Below, in pieces: positions 1 to 9,618 of a stretch of DNA of 64,000 nucleotides. Within the stretch, counting starts at the first letter, position 1, and each line of letters starts with the position of its first letter. The notes beneath the pieces were generated by a model. That model was given only the letters and a program-made list of their open reading frames with translations, ran no database searches and was not told the origin of the DNA. Origin of the DNA: Alphaproteobacteria bacterium (GTDB lineage Bacteria; Pseudomonadota; Alphaproteobacteria; MPNO01); NCBI GenBank assembly GCA_964291675.2, contig OZ219866.1:3552001-3616000 (forward strand). The letters run 5' to 3'. The position numbers and the translations under genes were made by a program.

Positions 1-904
1 CGCCTTCAAGGAGGCCGACGTGATCCTGATCGTCGGCACGCCGTTCGACTTCCGCATGGGCTATGGCAGGCGGATCTCGGAGGCGGCGACCCTGGTGCAG
101 ATCGACATGAGCTACGCCACCGTCGGCAAGAACCGCGACATCTCGCTCGGGCTGGCCGGCGACCCCGGCGCCATCCTCACCGCCGTCGCCGACGCCGCCT
201 CGGCGCGCATCGACAGGGGCGCGCGCGGCAAGCGCCGGGAGTGGATGGCGAAGCTGCGCGCCATCGAGGCGCAAAAGCTCGAACGGCTGATGCCGATGTT
301 CAGGAGCGATGCGAGCCCGATCCACCCCTATCGCCTGGCCTGGGAGATCAACGAGTTCCTGGGCGAGGACACGATCTATATCGGCGACGGCGGCGACATC
401 GTCACCATCTCCGCCCAGGCCGTCCGCCCGAAGAATCCCGGGCAGTGGATGGACCCCGGCGCGCTCGGCTCGCTCGGCGTCGGCACCGGCTTCGCCATGG
501 CGGCCAAGCTCGCCCATCCCGGCAAGGAGGTCGTCTGCCTCTACGGCGACGGCTCGTTCGGCATGACCGCCTTCGACATGGAGACCGCGCAGCGCTTCGG
601 CGCGCCCTATCTCGCGATCGTCGGCAACAACTCGGCGATGAACCAGATCCGCTACGGCCAGATGGCCAAGTACGGCGCCCAGCGCGGCAATGTCGGCAAC
701 AAGCTCGGCGACGTCGCGTTCTCGCATTTCGGCACCATGATCGGCGGCCACGGCGAGGAGGTGCGCGAGGCCTCCCAGATCGGCCCGGCGCTGCGCCGCG
801 CCCGCGAGGCGATCGCCGCCACCGGCAGATGCGCCGTCGTCAATGTCTGGGTCGACCCCGACGAGTACGCGCCGGGGACCAAGGCCCAGACCATGTACAA
901 GTAA
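1..904 (+). CDS. ThDP-dependent enzyme (oxalyl-CoA decarboxylase / 2-hydroxyacyl-CoA lyase-like), 5'-truncated by the window edge
   Basis: ThDP motif YGDGSFGM...NNS; WMDPGALGSLGVG; directly upstream of formyl-CoA transferase. Confidence 0.8.
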   Translation, partial: AFKEADVILIVGTPFDFRMGYGRRISEAATLVQIDMSYATVGKNRDISLGLAGDPGAILTAVADAASARIDRGARGKRREWMAKLRAIEAQKLERLMPMFRSDASPIHPYRLAWEINEFLGEDTIYIGDGGDIVTISAQAVRPKNPGQWMDPGALGSLGVGTGFAMAAKLAHPGKEVVCLYGDGSFGMTAFDMETAQRFGAPYLAIVGNNSAMNQIRYGQMAKYGAQRGNVGNKLGDVAFSHFGTMIGGHGEEVREASQIGPALRRAREAIAATGRCAVVNVWVDPDEYAPGTKAQTMYK

Positions 905-929
905 CTTGTACAAGTAGGAGGACCGATCG

Positions 930-2204
930 ATGGAAGCGCTCAAGGGGATAAGGATCCTCGACTTCACCCACGTCCAGTCGGGGCCCACCTGCACCCAGCT
1001 TCTGGCCTGGTTCGGGGCCGACGTGATCAAGGTGGAACGCCCCGGCACCGGCGATCCGACGCGCGGCCAGCTGGTCGACAAGCCGGGCGCCGACAGCCTC
1101 TACTTCACCATGCTCAACCACAACAAGCGCTCGATCGAGCTCAACGGCAAGAACCCGGCCGGCAAGCAGGTGCTGGAGCGGCTGGTTGCGACCTGCGACG
1201 TGCTGGTCGAGAACCTGGCGCCGGGCGCGATCGACCGGCTCGGCTTCGGCTGGGAGCGGGTGCAGGAGCTCAACCCGCGCATGGTCATGGCCTCGGTCAA
1301 GGGCTTCGGCCCCGGCCCCTACGAGGCGTGCAAGGTCTACGAGAACGTCGCCCAATGCGCCGGCGGGGCGGCGTCGACCACCGGCTTCCGCGACAACGTG
1401 CCGATGGTGACCGGCGCGCAGATCGGCGACAGCGGCACCGGGCTGCATCTCGCGCTCGGCATCGTCACCGCGCTGTTCCAGCGCGAGCGCACGGGGCGCG
1501 GCCAGCGCATCCTGGCGCCGATGCAGGACGGGGTGATCAATCTCTGCCGGGTCAAGCTCAGGGACCAGCAGCGCCTCGCCGCCGGCCCGCTCACCGAGTA
1601 CTCGCAATACGGCCAGGACATCCCGTTCAAGGACGCCGTGCCCAGGGCGGCCAACGATTCGGGCGGCGGCCAGCCCGGGCGCATCCTCAAATGCAAGGGC
1701 TGGGAGACCGACGACAACGCCTATACCTACTTCATCACCCAGGCCGCGGTGTGGCAGCGGATCTGCGACCTGATCGGCCGGCCGGAATGGAAGGAGGATC
1801 CGGACTACGCGACGCCGAAGGCGCGGCTGCCGCGGCTCGACGAGGTGTTCGACACCATCGAGGCGTGGACGAAGACCAAGACCAAGTTCGAGGTGATGGA
1901 GATCTGCAACCCGCTCGACATCCCGGTCGGGCCGATCCTCTCGATGAAGGAGATCGCCGAAGAGCCGAGCCTGAGGGAGACCGGCACCATCGTCGAGGTC
2001 GACCACCCGACGCGCGGGCCGTACCTGACCGTCGGCTGCCCGGTCAAGCTGTCCGACTCGCCCGCCCGCGTGCTCCGCTCGCCGCTGCTGGGCGAGCACA
2101 CCGGGGAGATCCTGCGCGACGTGCTGGGCTACGAGGGCGAGGCGCTGGAGGCGGTATGGGCCTCGGGCGCGGTCGGCGAGAAGCCCGCCCAGGCGGCGGA
2201 GTAG
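930..2204 (+). CDS. frc: Formyl-CoA:oxalate CoA-transferase (family III)
   Basis: [25 protein letters not shown]; KVYENVAQC; QIGDSGTG with the catalytic Asp; SGGGQPG glycine loop; GGAGGA RBS. Confidence 0.93.
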   Translation: MEALKGIRILDFTHVQSGPTCTQLLAWFGADVIKVERPGTGDPTRGQLVDKPGADSLYFTMLNHNKRSIELNGKNPAGKQVLERLVATCDVLVENLAPGAIDRLGFGWERVQELNPRMVMASVKGFGPGPYEACKVYENVAQCAGGAASTTGFRDNVPMVTGAQIGDSGTGLHLALGIVTALFQRERTGRGQRILAPMQDGVINLCRVKLRDQQRLAAGPLTEYSQYGQDIPFKDAVPRAANDSGGGQPGRILKCKGWETDDNAYTYFITQAAVWQRICDLIGRPEWKEDPDYATPKARLPRLDEVFDTIEAWTKTKTKFEVMEICNPLDIPVGPILSMKEIAEEPSLRETGTIVEVDHPTRGPYLTVGCPVKLSDSPARVLRSPLLGEHTGEILRDVLGYEGEALEAVWASGAVGEKPAQAAE

Positions 2205-2208
2205 GGCG

Positions 2209-3075
2209 GTGGCGGGCCCGAAGATCTGGCTCGACTACGACCAGGAGGCGCTGGATTCGCAGTACAACCAGCGCGCCCTGGTGCCGGACGCCGACGACTA
2301 CATCGCCGTCGACGTGGCCGAGTCCGCGCGCGTGCGCCAGGCGCTCGACTGCCGCATCGACGTGGCCTACGGCCCGGGCGAGGACGAGAGGCTGGACGTG
2401 TTCCCGGCCGCCGCCCCCGGCTCGCCGCTCGTGGTCTACATGCATGGCGGCGCCTGGACGCGGTCGGACAAGGCGAACGAGAGCTTCATGGCCGAGGCGT
2501 TCGTCGCGGCGGGGGCGGCGTTCGTCGCCGCGAATTTCGGCCTCTGCCCCGGGGTCACGCTGGACGAGATGATCCGCCAGGCGCGCGCCGCCGTCGCCTG
2601 GTCCCACGAGAACGCCGCGGGCTTCAACGCCGACCCCGCCCGGCTCTACATCGCCGGGCACTCGTCCGGCGGGCATGTCGGCGGCATGATGGTGGTGACC
2701 GACTGGCCGGCCGCCCACGGCCTGCCGCGCGGCCTGGTGAAGGGCGCGCTGCTCTGCAGCGGCATGTACGACCTCGCCCCGGTGCGGCTCAGCGCGCGCA
2801 ACGACTATCTCCGCCTCGACGAAGCGGCGGAGGACCGCAACAGCGCGATCCGCCGCATCCCTTCCGACGGCTGCCCGCTGGTGATCGGCTATGGCGGCGG
2901 CGAGCAGAAGGAGTTCCGCCGCCAGTCCCAAGCGTTCGCCGCCGCCTGGCGCGAGGCCGGGCTGGAGGTGCGCGAGTTCGACATGCCGGGCGTCAACCAT
3001 TTCGAGCTGCGGCGCCACTTCAACGACCCCGACAGCCCGATCCTCAAGGCCGCGCTGGAGATGATGGGGCTGTAG
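2209..3075 (+). CDS. Alpha/beta hydrolase, arylformamidase (kynurenine formamidase)-like
   Basis: HGGAW oxyanion motif, GHSSG nucleophile elbow, terminal NHF; GTG start 4 nt after frc. Confidence 0.85.
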   Translation: MAGPKIWLDYDQEALDSQYNQRALVPDADDYIAVDVAESARVRQALDCRIDVAYGPGEDERLDVFPAAAPGSPLVVYMHGGAWTRSDKANESFMAEAFVAAGAAFVAANFGLCPGVTLDEMIRQARAAVAWSHENAAGFNADPARLYIAGHSSGGHVGGMMVVTDWPAAHGLPRGLVKGALLCSGMYDLAPVRLSARNDYLRLDEAAEDRNSAIRRIPSDGCPLVIGYGGGEQKEFRRQSQAFAAAWREAGLEVREFDMPGVNHFELRRHFNDPDSPILKAALEMMGL

Positions 3076-3082
3076 CGCCTAA

Positions 3083-3098
3083 TGTTTCACGTGAAACA
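3083..3098. promoter_or_regulatory. parS site 1 (ParB-binding palindrome)
   Basis: Perfect TGTTTCACGTGAAACA within a 28-bp palindrome at 3077-3104. Confidence 0.9.
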
Positions 3099-3115
3099 TT
3101 AGGCCAGAATCCCAA

Positions 3116-3131
3116 TGTTTCACGTGAAACA
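3116..3131. promoter_or_regulatory. parS site 2
   Basis: Second perfect TGTTTCACGTGAAACA, starting 33 bp after the first; degenerate third copy near 3139-3154. Confidence 0.9.
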
Positions 3132-3275
3132 TTAGCCTGATTGCATGTGAAACGGCTCCCCGGGGGACAGGGTGCGCGCCCGGCTTCGGGCGCGGCAGCG
3201 GCCGATTCGGCCGGCCCGCCAGCGCCTTGCGGCGGGAAGCTCGCGCGGCGGCTGCGGCGATGGACCGCCGGCGAA

Positions 3276-3311
3276 ATGTCATCTTGACATCTCTTCATAC
3301 CGCCTCATTAT
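3276..3311 (+). promoter_or_regulatory. Sigma70-type promoter of vapBC with an overlapping inverted-repeat operator
   Basis: TTGACA 3284-3289 and CATTAT 3306-3311; ATGTCA-TCT-TGACAT inverted repeat over the -35; ATG at 3319 suggests a leaderless mRNA. Confidence 0.6.
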
Positions 3312-3318
3312 GTCCGCC

Positions 3319-3579
3319 ATGCGCACCACGCTGACCGTCGACCCCGATGTCGAGCAGCTCCTGAGAAGCGAGATGCGGCGCTCGGGCCGCGGCATGAAGG
3401 CGGTGGTGAACGACGCGCTGCGCGCCGGTCTCGGGGCGGCGGGCAAGCCGCAAGCGGCGCCGCCCTACCGGGTGCAGCCGCACGCGCTCGGGTTGAGGCC
3501 CGGCACCGACGCCGACCGGCTCAACCAGCTCGCGGACCAGATCGTGGCGGAGCGCCGGATCCGCAAGCTCGGACAGTGA
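3319..3579 (+). CDS. vapB: VapB-type ribbon-helix-helix antitoxin
   Basis: MRTTLTVDPDV...KAVVNDALRAGL; overlaps the PIN toxin start (GTGA). Confidence 0.85.
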   Translation: MRTTLTVDPDVEQLLRSEMRRSGRGMKAVVNDALRAGLGAAGKPQAAPPYRVQPHALGLRPGTDADRLNQLADQIVAERRIRKLGQ

Positions 3580-4004
3580 TCGTCCCCGACGTCAACCTGC
3601 TGGTGGCGGCGCACGACTCGCGCGCGCGCCGGCACGCGGCGGCGCGCGACTGGTGGGAGGGGCTGCTGAACGGCGCCGTCACGGTCGGCCTCCCCTGGGC
3701 GGCGATCCTCGGCTTCGTCCGCATCGCCACCGACCCCGCGATCGTCGACAGCCCGCTGGAGCCGGACGGCGCCCGCGCCCGGGTTACCGGCTGGCTCGCC
3801 CGCCCGCAGACCGCGCTGATCCACCCGGGCGAGCGCCACGCCGACATCCTGTTCGCGCTGCTCGACCGGGCGGGCGCGGCCGCCACGCTCACCACCTCCG
3901 CCCACCTCGCCGCGCTCGCCATCGAGCACCAGGCCGAGCTGCACTCGACGGATGCCGACATGGCGCGGTTCTCGGGGCTCAGATGGCGGAATCCGCTGGG
4001 CTGA
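3576..4004 (+). CDS. vapC: VapC PIN-domain toxin
   Basis: IVPDVNLLVAA ... AHLAALAIEH ... STDADMARF pattern; the usual D of the DAHLA motif reads S (TSAHLA). Confidence 0.88.
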   Translation: MIVPDVNLLVAAHDSRARRHAAARDWWEGLLNGAVTVGLPWAAILGFVRIATDPAIVDSPLEPDGARARVTGWLARPQTALIHPGERHADILFALLDRAGAAATLTTSAHLAALAIEHQAELHSTDADMARFSGLRWRNPLG

Positions 4005-4200
4005 TCCGGCAATGGAAGACTCAGGCCCTTGTAAGAACGAACCATGAACCCTACAATATGCGCGCTCCATGCGGGACACCGTAGCAGGGGAATGGGGAGC
4101 GATGTGGACAGGAGTGAGCTGGGGAAGGCGCGGGAGGCGTTCTTCACGTCGCTGGAGCGCGCGCGGTACCTGCTGCGCTGGGCCGTGCGCTCCCCCCTTT

Positions 4201-4311
4201 CGTCATGGCCGGACTTGTTCCGGCCATCCATGCGGTCCGTTCAACCGAGAAGCGGTGGGTAAGGAGAAGTGGCGGTGCCCGTGGCTGCCCGGAACGAGTC
4301 CGAGTATGACG
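4201..4311. repeat. CGTC-type REP doublet
   Basis: CGTCATGGCCGGACTTGTTCCGGCCATC ... degenerate inverted arm GCCCGGAACGAGTCCGAGTATGACG. Confidence 0.75.
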
Positions 4312-4415
4312 GGGGAGAAATCCATCTCTTCATTTGCAGGTGGCTGCATCAATTTGAATCCCATTTTGAGCATATCGTATCCAGCTTTTCGACCAACTGA
4401 ACGGGCGCACCAATC

Positions 4416-5879
4416 ATGAGACTCGCCGATACCGTCGAAGCCTCCGGCTTTTTCTGGCTTCCCGAGGACGATACGCGAAGAGTTCCCGGTAGATTAACAA
4501 TTTCATCGACGGGTCGTACCGAACTCGTCTTAACCGCCCTTACGGAATTCCAGCATGTGGATGACCCAGGCGCGGTATTGGGAGAACGAGCACTTAGTGG
4601 TAACCATGTATATTACAGACGCATTGTGGGTCTAGTGAACTCCGATAAAGTAAAAGACTATGTCACTCTAGAAGACTGCCACCGCTTGAATTCCGAAACC
4701 ACGACTGGAACTGGTCTTGCAACAACGATTATTGAAGCAATGTTTGTATTTGTTGGAGTCGCTTATTCGGCTGATGAGACGATCGAATTTTCCGAACTTC
4801 GGTTTTCGGTGAGTCCGCTGGACGAATGGCTTGGCATTTCCGGAGTTGGGATTTCGCCTGAATTCAACCAAGACAACAAACTCAACTCTGTAACAGTTCA
4901 CTACACGCCTCCTGCCAAACGAGCGTACTCGCTTCCTGATAACATGACTTTGGAGTTTAACTTCGATGCTACCGTACCGATCGTCCCCAGATCTACCGAG
5001 ACTAGTATCTCGCAAAGAGCAAGAATCTCCATTAGAACAATCAGTGCGCGGCCACTTAATGATTTTCTAGAACTTGTTTTCAAAATACAAAACCTGCTTA
5101 ACTTTTGTATTGATGCAATGGTGCCGCTAGATTTCGTTGAAGGTTACTCAGACCAGGTAGTGCAGGAATTAACGAACGGAAAACACCGTCGAATCCCAGT
5201 CAAAATCTACTACCGTGGGATACCGGAAGTTGAATCGAGTAGTAATATCCGTCGACACAATATGTTATTGACCTATGGGCTCATTGAACACCGGTTTGAA
5301 GATGTGCTCAATCGTTGGTTGGTCGCTTACAACCAATTTCAGCCGACGTTTGACTTATATTTTGGCAAGAGGATAGGAGCCTTCAAATTTATCGAAGGAC
5401 AGTTTCTTTCGTTGGTTCAGGCAATGGAGTCTCTCCATAGAAGACAAACCCAATGCATAGAATGGTCCAAAGAGGAACTGCCGACAGCCGAATTTAATGA
5501 GATAAAGGACGCTATGTTGGCAACGGTTCCCAGAGAACGGAAAGAGTATTTTGAATCAAAAATGAGATACCTCAATGAGCCAAGCTTGCGCAAAAGGCTT
5601 AAGGAAATGTTTGATGCTTATTGGTCACTGTACAAGATTGAAAAGAAAAGGACGGACATTGTTGATAGGATCGTAAGCACGCGGCATTATTTGACTCATT
5701 ATTCGGAAGATCGCAAGACGACCCCGACGAGCGGGGAGGAATTGCTTAAACTGAACGATCTAATGGAATCTCTATTGCAACTTCACCTTCTCAATATGTT
5801 AGGTCTGGAACGGACGATGGCAAAATGTATCGCGAGTAAGAATCGTCAACTTCGGTGGAAACTCGGTGCAGGAAATTAG
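4416..5879 (+). CDS. ApeA-like protein (N-terminal ApeA-type domain plus C-terminal HEPN RNase), putative anti-phage
   Basis: N-terminal GFFWLP...VPGRLT; FLSLVQAMESLHR; HEPN RxxxxH motif RHYLTH; visibly AT-rich compared with its flanks. Confidence 0.78.
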   Translation: MRLADTVEASGFFWLPEDDTRRVPGRLTISSTGRTELVLTALTEFQHVDDPGAVLGERALSGNHVYYRRIVGLVNSDKVKDYVTLEDCHRLNSETTTGTGLATTIIEAMFVFVGVAYSADETIEFSELRFSVSPLDEWLGISGVGISPEFNQDNKLNSVTVHYTPPAKRAYSLPDNMTLEFNFDATVPIVPRSTETSISQRARISIRTISARPLNDFLELVFKIQNLLNFCIDAMVPLDFVEGYSDQVVQELTNGKHRRIPVKIYYRGIPEVESSSNIRRHNMLLTYGLIEHRFEDVLNRWLVAYNQFQPTFDLYFGKRIGAFKFIEGQFLSLVQAMESLHRRQTQCIEWSKEELPTAEFNEIKDAMLATVPRERKEYFESKMRYLNEPSLRKRLKEMFDAYWSLYKIEKKRTDIVDRIVSTRHYLTHYSEDRKTTPTSGEELLKLNDLMESLLQLHLLNMLGLERTMAKCIASKNRQLRWKLGAGN

Positions 5880-6217
5880 AAGGTGTGTACATTTCGCTCA
5901 ATCTTTACACATAGGGTAATCGGTCGACAGTTGCCGCTTTTAGCGGGGTTCTTATTCAAGCGGCTTTATTTATCTTGTCCTCGCCTGGGGTTTGCGGTTT
6001 TGGCGGGCATCAGACTATGACATAGTCCGTGATCGATGTGCCCTATCCGCCGGCCCCCACCTCATCCCATACATAATCCATCCCATCCTCGCCGCCCTCC
6101 AGTCGCGACTGGCTGGTCGGTCGTGCGCTGCGCGCCGGCCCAAGCCTAGGAGCGATCTTGGTCTCGGAATACTCGGTGGGAACGCTTCCGGCACCGCAAG
6201 AAGCGTCTCGGGAGACT

Positions 6218-6403
6218 CTACCGGATTGGCTTCCGCCGCCCGGTCGAAAAGGCGGATGGGGCGGTCTCGAACCTGTCGCTGCAACCGGTCTTGCACAAAC
6301 CGACGACCCGGCCGTCGTACAGCGTCAGCGAATCCGCCGGCACCGGCCCGCCGGACCAGGGACAGGTCTCGTTGATGCAAGCGGCGATTTCGAGTGCGGC
6401 CAT
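6218..6403 (-). CDS. Small Cys-rich YHS-like protein, possibly degenerate
   Basis: INETCPWSGGPV...YDGRVVGLCKTGCSDRF resembles the YHS pattern CP..G.PV...Y.G....FC..GC...F. Confidence 0.5.
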   Translation of the reverse strand: MAALEIAACINETCPWSGGPVPADSLTLYDGRVVGLCKTGCSDRFETAPSAFSTGRRKPIR

Positions 6404-6499
6404 CCCGCGCTCCGTGTCTTCCCCGGCCTGCGCACGCCGAGGCGGCGGGCCGGGGAAGGTGTAGGTGTCCGGCGTCTTGGCAGCAAGCGGTTCGGGCTC

Positions 6500-6580
6500 G
6501 GGCACAAAACCAAACTCCACGCCACCGACGCCGACAGAGCGCGGTTTTCGGGTCTCAGGTGGCGGAATCCACACAATTAA
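6500..6580 (+). pseudogene. Remnant copy of the vapC 3' end
   Basis: Reads GHKTKLHATDADRARFSGLRWRNPHN*, versus EHQAELHSTDADMARFSGLRWRNPLG* at 3924-4004. Confidence 0.8.
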
Positions 6581-6675
6581 AGGTTTCGTAGGGAGTTAAA
6601 GCTAAGAACAAGACATCCATTCCAGACGTATTTCGATTGGCACCAAACATTTCGGTTGCAGACCACCATTTGTAC

Positions 6676-7896
6676 TTAAGGCCCTCCAATTGCGTTCCAC
6701 AGGGCTCGATTGCGGAAGCTGGTCCCGGCGTTCGTACGTCTATTGCTGGAGCAACCGCCATGTGTGTGGATTCCGATCGTCTGGTTGGTCCCTTGGACGA
6801 TCACCGGGCTCCCCGAGTTACCTGGCTGGGTGTCCACCTTGTAGCGCAGCGTGCCGCGGTTGGCGCCTCCGGTATTCTTGGTCAACTTGCCGGCGTGAGT
6901 CTGCTGCGTCTGGTAGTCCGCGTTTCGAGGACCGCCATTGCCGAACTTCGGTGGAGGACCATCCACTCCGTAGCCGGTAATCCGTACAGTGGCTGGCTTC
7001 GCCGTGTTAGAGACCTCGAAGAAAGCCTTCTGCGCAGCGATCGGCGTCAGCCCGGTTTGGGTATTCGGCAGTACCTGGAACACGGCCCAGTCATTGCCGG
7101 TGCCCGTGCCCTGATGTTTGATAGAACCAGCAATAACCCGATACTGGTCACGGACCGGCGGCGACACCGTCGCGCCGTTCGCGGTCGAGGGCGGAACGTT
7201 GAACTCGACGGTGTTCGTACGGGTGTCGATGCAGTGACCCGCGGTCAGCAACCGCCCTCCCACGATAATCCAGGCCGTGCATCCGATCGACATGATGCGG
7301 CCGGCCGCGGGATGGCTGGAAGCGGCACGGTCGTCTACAGAACCGCAAATCGCCTGGGGAGCAAAGTCTGCCTCTGGATTTGATCCTTCCGGCTGCTGCT
7401 CAGCATCGGTCGGGATGAAGCGCTGGAGATCGCCGCCGAGAAAATCGATCAGGGACTGCCAAACGGTCCTGGGCCCCAACTCGGGGATCGTCCCCGGGAG
7501 GCCGATAATCACGTCCCCCACTTTGGCCGAGACCTCCCCCGACGTGCCAGGCATAAGGGTGATCGTGATCTCGGAACCGTTGAATACAGCGGTCAGCCCC
7601 TCCCACGCTTCAAGCTGGTCTTGCGTAAAGATCTGCTCGTCGACCGCCGATCTGACCCTCAACCGGCCGTCTCCGAGACGGAATTCGGAGAATCGCAGTT
7701 GTAGCCACTGCGCGCCCGGGATCGGAATGGAGCGGTCACCGGATTCGAGGGCGGTGAAGAAAGACGCCATCTTCTCGGGCGGGGCTTCCTCCGAAACGAC
7801 GGCCCGGGAGATCGGCGCGGGTTGGGCCTGTATTGCCTGAACGGCGCTCACGGCGAGTACCATGGCCGCCAGAGGCAAAATGGTAATTCCCTTCAT
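6676..7896 (-). CDS. Secreted trypsin-like (S1) serine protease with an N-terminal accessory domain
   Basis: Signal peptide MKGITILPLAAMVLAVSAVQA; triad motifs TAGHC, NDWAV and GNSGSP. Confidence 0.87.
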   Translation of the reverse strand: MKGITILPLAAMVLAVSAVQAIQAQPAPISRAVVSEEAPPEKMASFFTALESGDRSIPIPGAQWLQLRFSEFRLGDGRLRVRSAVDEQIFTQDQLEAWEGLTAVFNGSEITITLMPGTSGEVSAKVGDVIIGLPGTIPELGPRTVWQSLIDFLGGDLQRFIPTDAEQQPEGSNPEADFAPQAICGSVDDRAASSHPAAGRIMSIGCTAWIIVGGRLLTAGHCIDTRTNTVEFNVPPSTANGATVSPPVRDQYRVIAGSIKHQGTGTGNDWAVFQVLPNTQTGLTPIAAQKAFFEVSNTAKPATVRITGYGVDGPPPKFGNGGPRNADYQTQQTHAGKLTKNTGGANRGTLRYKVDTQPGNSGSPVIVQGTNQTIGIHTHGGCSSNRRTNAGTSFRNRALWNAIGGP

Positions 7897-8194
7897 GATG
7901 TCGGTCGTCCTCCAGATTTTCGGCGCACTTGGTTGCGACACTCCGCTATCCGACAATGGACAGACGGCGCTGGGGTGGAGAATAGAAGCTCGGGGGGCTT
8001 GCGACCCCGCCACTATTGCTGGGACCAGCCGAAACGACTCGCAGGCCCTCGGCGGTGTCCCCGGTGTCGACCCAGCGCCGGTGAGAACGCCAGGTTCCCA
8101 GCCAGGCGAATGGGAGGGCAGGGGCATGCTGCAAACCGACAGGACCTTCCCGAACAAGGACGGCTTCGGCAAAATAGGACTCCTTCCCAAAGCG

Positions 8195-9343
8195 TCACCG
8201 CGGACGCGAGGGACTCCCCCCCATCGACAGCACCTCGCGCACCAAATCCACCTGCCGCGAGATGCCGCGCTTGTCGAAGATCTGCTGCACGTGCCAGCGG
8301 ACGGTTCGCTCCGATCGCCCCGTCACGGCGGCGATCCGGCCGACGGCCATGCCTTCGGCGAGCAGCGCCGCCACCCGGCTCTCGGCGGCCGTCAGGCCGA
8401 GGGCGGCGCCGATTTGGGCCGGGTCGATGGCCGCCGGCGCGCGGTCGACCGCCAGCACCAGCGCCGCCACGCGCCAGGGGCGGAAGTCGAGTTCGCCGTC
8501 GCCGACCGGGTTGACGTGGAGCGTGAGCCCGGGGCGATGGCCGGGGCGGCCGATGGCGAGCGATGCGCCCGCCGCCGGCTCGTCCCGGCCGGGCAGCGCG
8601 CGGGCGAGCGCGCTTTGCAGGGCGTCGTCGTCGGCCGGCAGCCGGGCGCGGAGCGATCCGAGCCGGTCGTAGAGCGCATCGCCCGTCCTGAGGATGTCAG
8701 TCCCCCGGTCGTTCGCCGTCACGATCCGACCGCGCCCGTCGAGATGGAGGATGCCCAGGCCGCCCGTGTCCAGGAGCGCCGTGAGGGACGTCCCCAGCGC
8801 CCTGGCATCGGCGAGCGCCTGCCGCACGATCGCGTATTGGCGGAGATGGGGCAGCAATTCCCGGACGAACTCGATCCGGTCGAACGACCAGCCCTCCCCG
8901 TCGACCGGATCGGCCGTGCACCAGGCGATGCGCGATCCCTTCGGCCCGTCCATGCGCACGTTAACACCGTTCTGGAACTGTCCGTTGGGCAGGCTCTCGT
9001 TGAAAGTGGCCGACGCGGTGAGCTCCTCTTCGGTGTAGAGATCGGCGACGTGGACCACCTCGCTGTCGGGCAGGCGGATCAGGCGCGGTATGCGTTCGTC
9101 GATCGGGTAGTAGAGGTCGAAATATTCGCGCTCCAACTCGCGGTGGCGTTCGCCGCGATAGTAGAGCCGCGCGAGGTAGATTTCGGTGTCGTCCGGGGGT
9201 TGCCCGCAGGCGAGGGTCAGTATGTTGCCCTTTATCCGGCAGGCCTCGTCGATCAGGGCGGAGCATGCGGGCCAGCGGGCATCGTCGAACACCGCATCGT
9301 GCAGCGACGCCAGAATTGGCTGCAACGCCGGACGCTTGCTCAT
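8195..9343 (-). CDS. LuxR-type HTH transcriptional regulator with a PAS-like middle region
   Basis: C-terminal LTAAESRVAALLAEG...SERTVRWHVQQIFDKRGISRQVDLV; LDGRGRIVTAN. Confidence 0.85.
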   Translation of the reverse strand: MSKRPALQPILASLHDAVFDDARWPACSALIDEACRIKGNILTLACGQPPDDTEIYLARLYYRGERHRELEREYFDLYYPIDERIPRLIRLPDSEVVHVADLYTEEELTASATFNESLPNGQFQNGVNVRMDGPKGSRIAWCTADPVDGEGWSFDRIEFVRELLPHLRQYAIVRQALADARALGTSLTALLDTGGLGILHLDGRGRIVTANDRGTDILRTGDALYDRLGSLRARLPADDDALQSALARALPGRDEPAAGASLAIGRPGHRPGLTLHVNPVGDGELDFRPWRVAALVLAVDRAPAAIDPAQIGAALGLTAAESRVAALLAEGMAVGRIAAVTGRSERTVRWHVQQIFDKRGISRQVDLVREVLSMGGSPSRPR

Positions 9344-9618
9344 GACTGCACTTCCACTTCCGGAGGAACTCTCCGGTCCTCTTGCCAGCCAAGCGTTTCG
9401 TGCTACGGTAGAACACGAAAACGTGATCGACACCGGTAAATTTAGCGGGAAATAAAGAAATTCTATGGACTCGCGGAAATCGAACGACCGCTCCTGAGGA
9501 ACCGCCCGGCTGTCCGGCCGGGAGGGGCATCGTGGGTCGGTCCGGATTCATGACGCGGGCGGCGCCCGGTTTTTCCTGCCCCGTCCGTGGATGCCCGGAA
9601 CACCCCCGGACTTGATCC

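Noticed and set aside
4044-4419. Short ORFs between vapC and the ApeA-like gene
   Set aside because: They run through a REP doublet and reproduce REP-derived peptides (SWPDLFRPS), so they are probably not genes.
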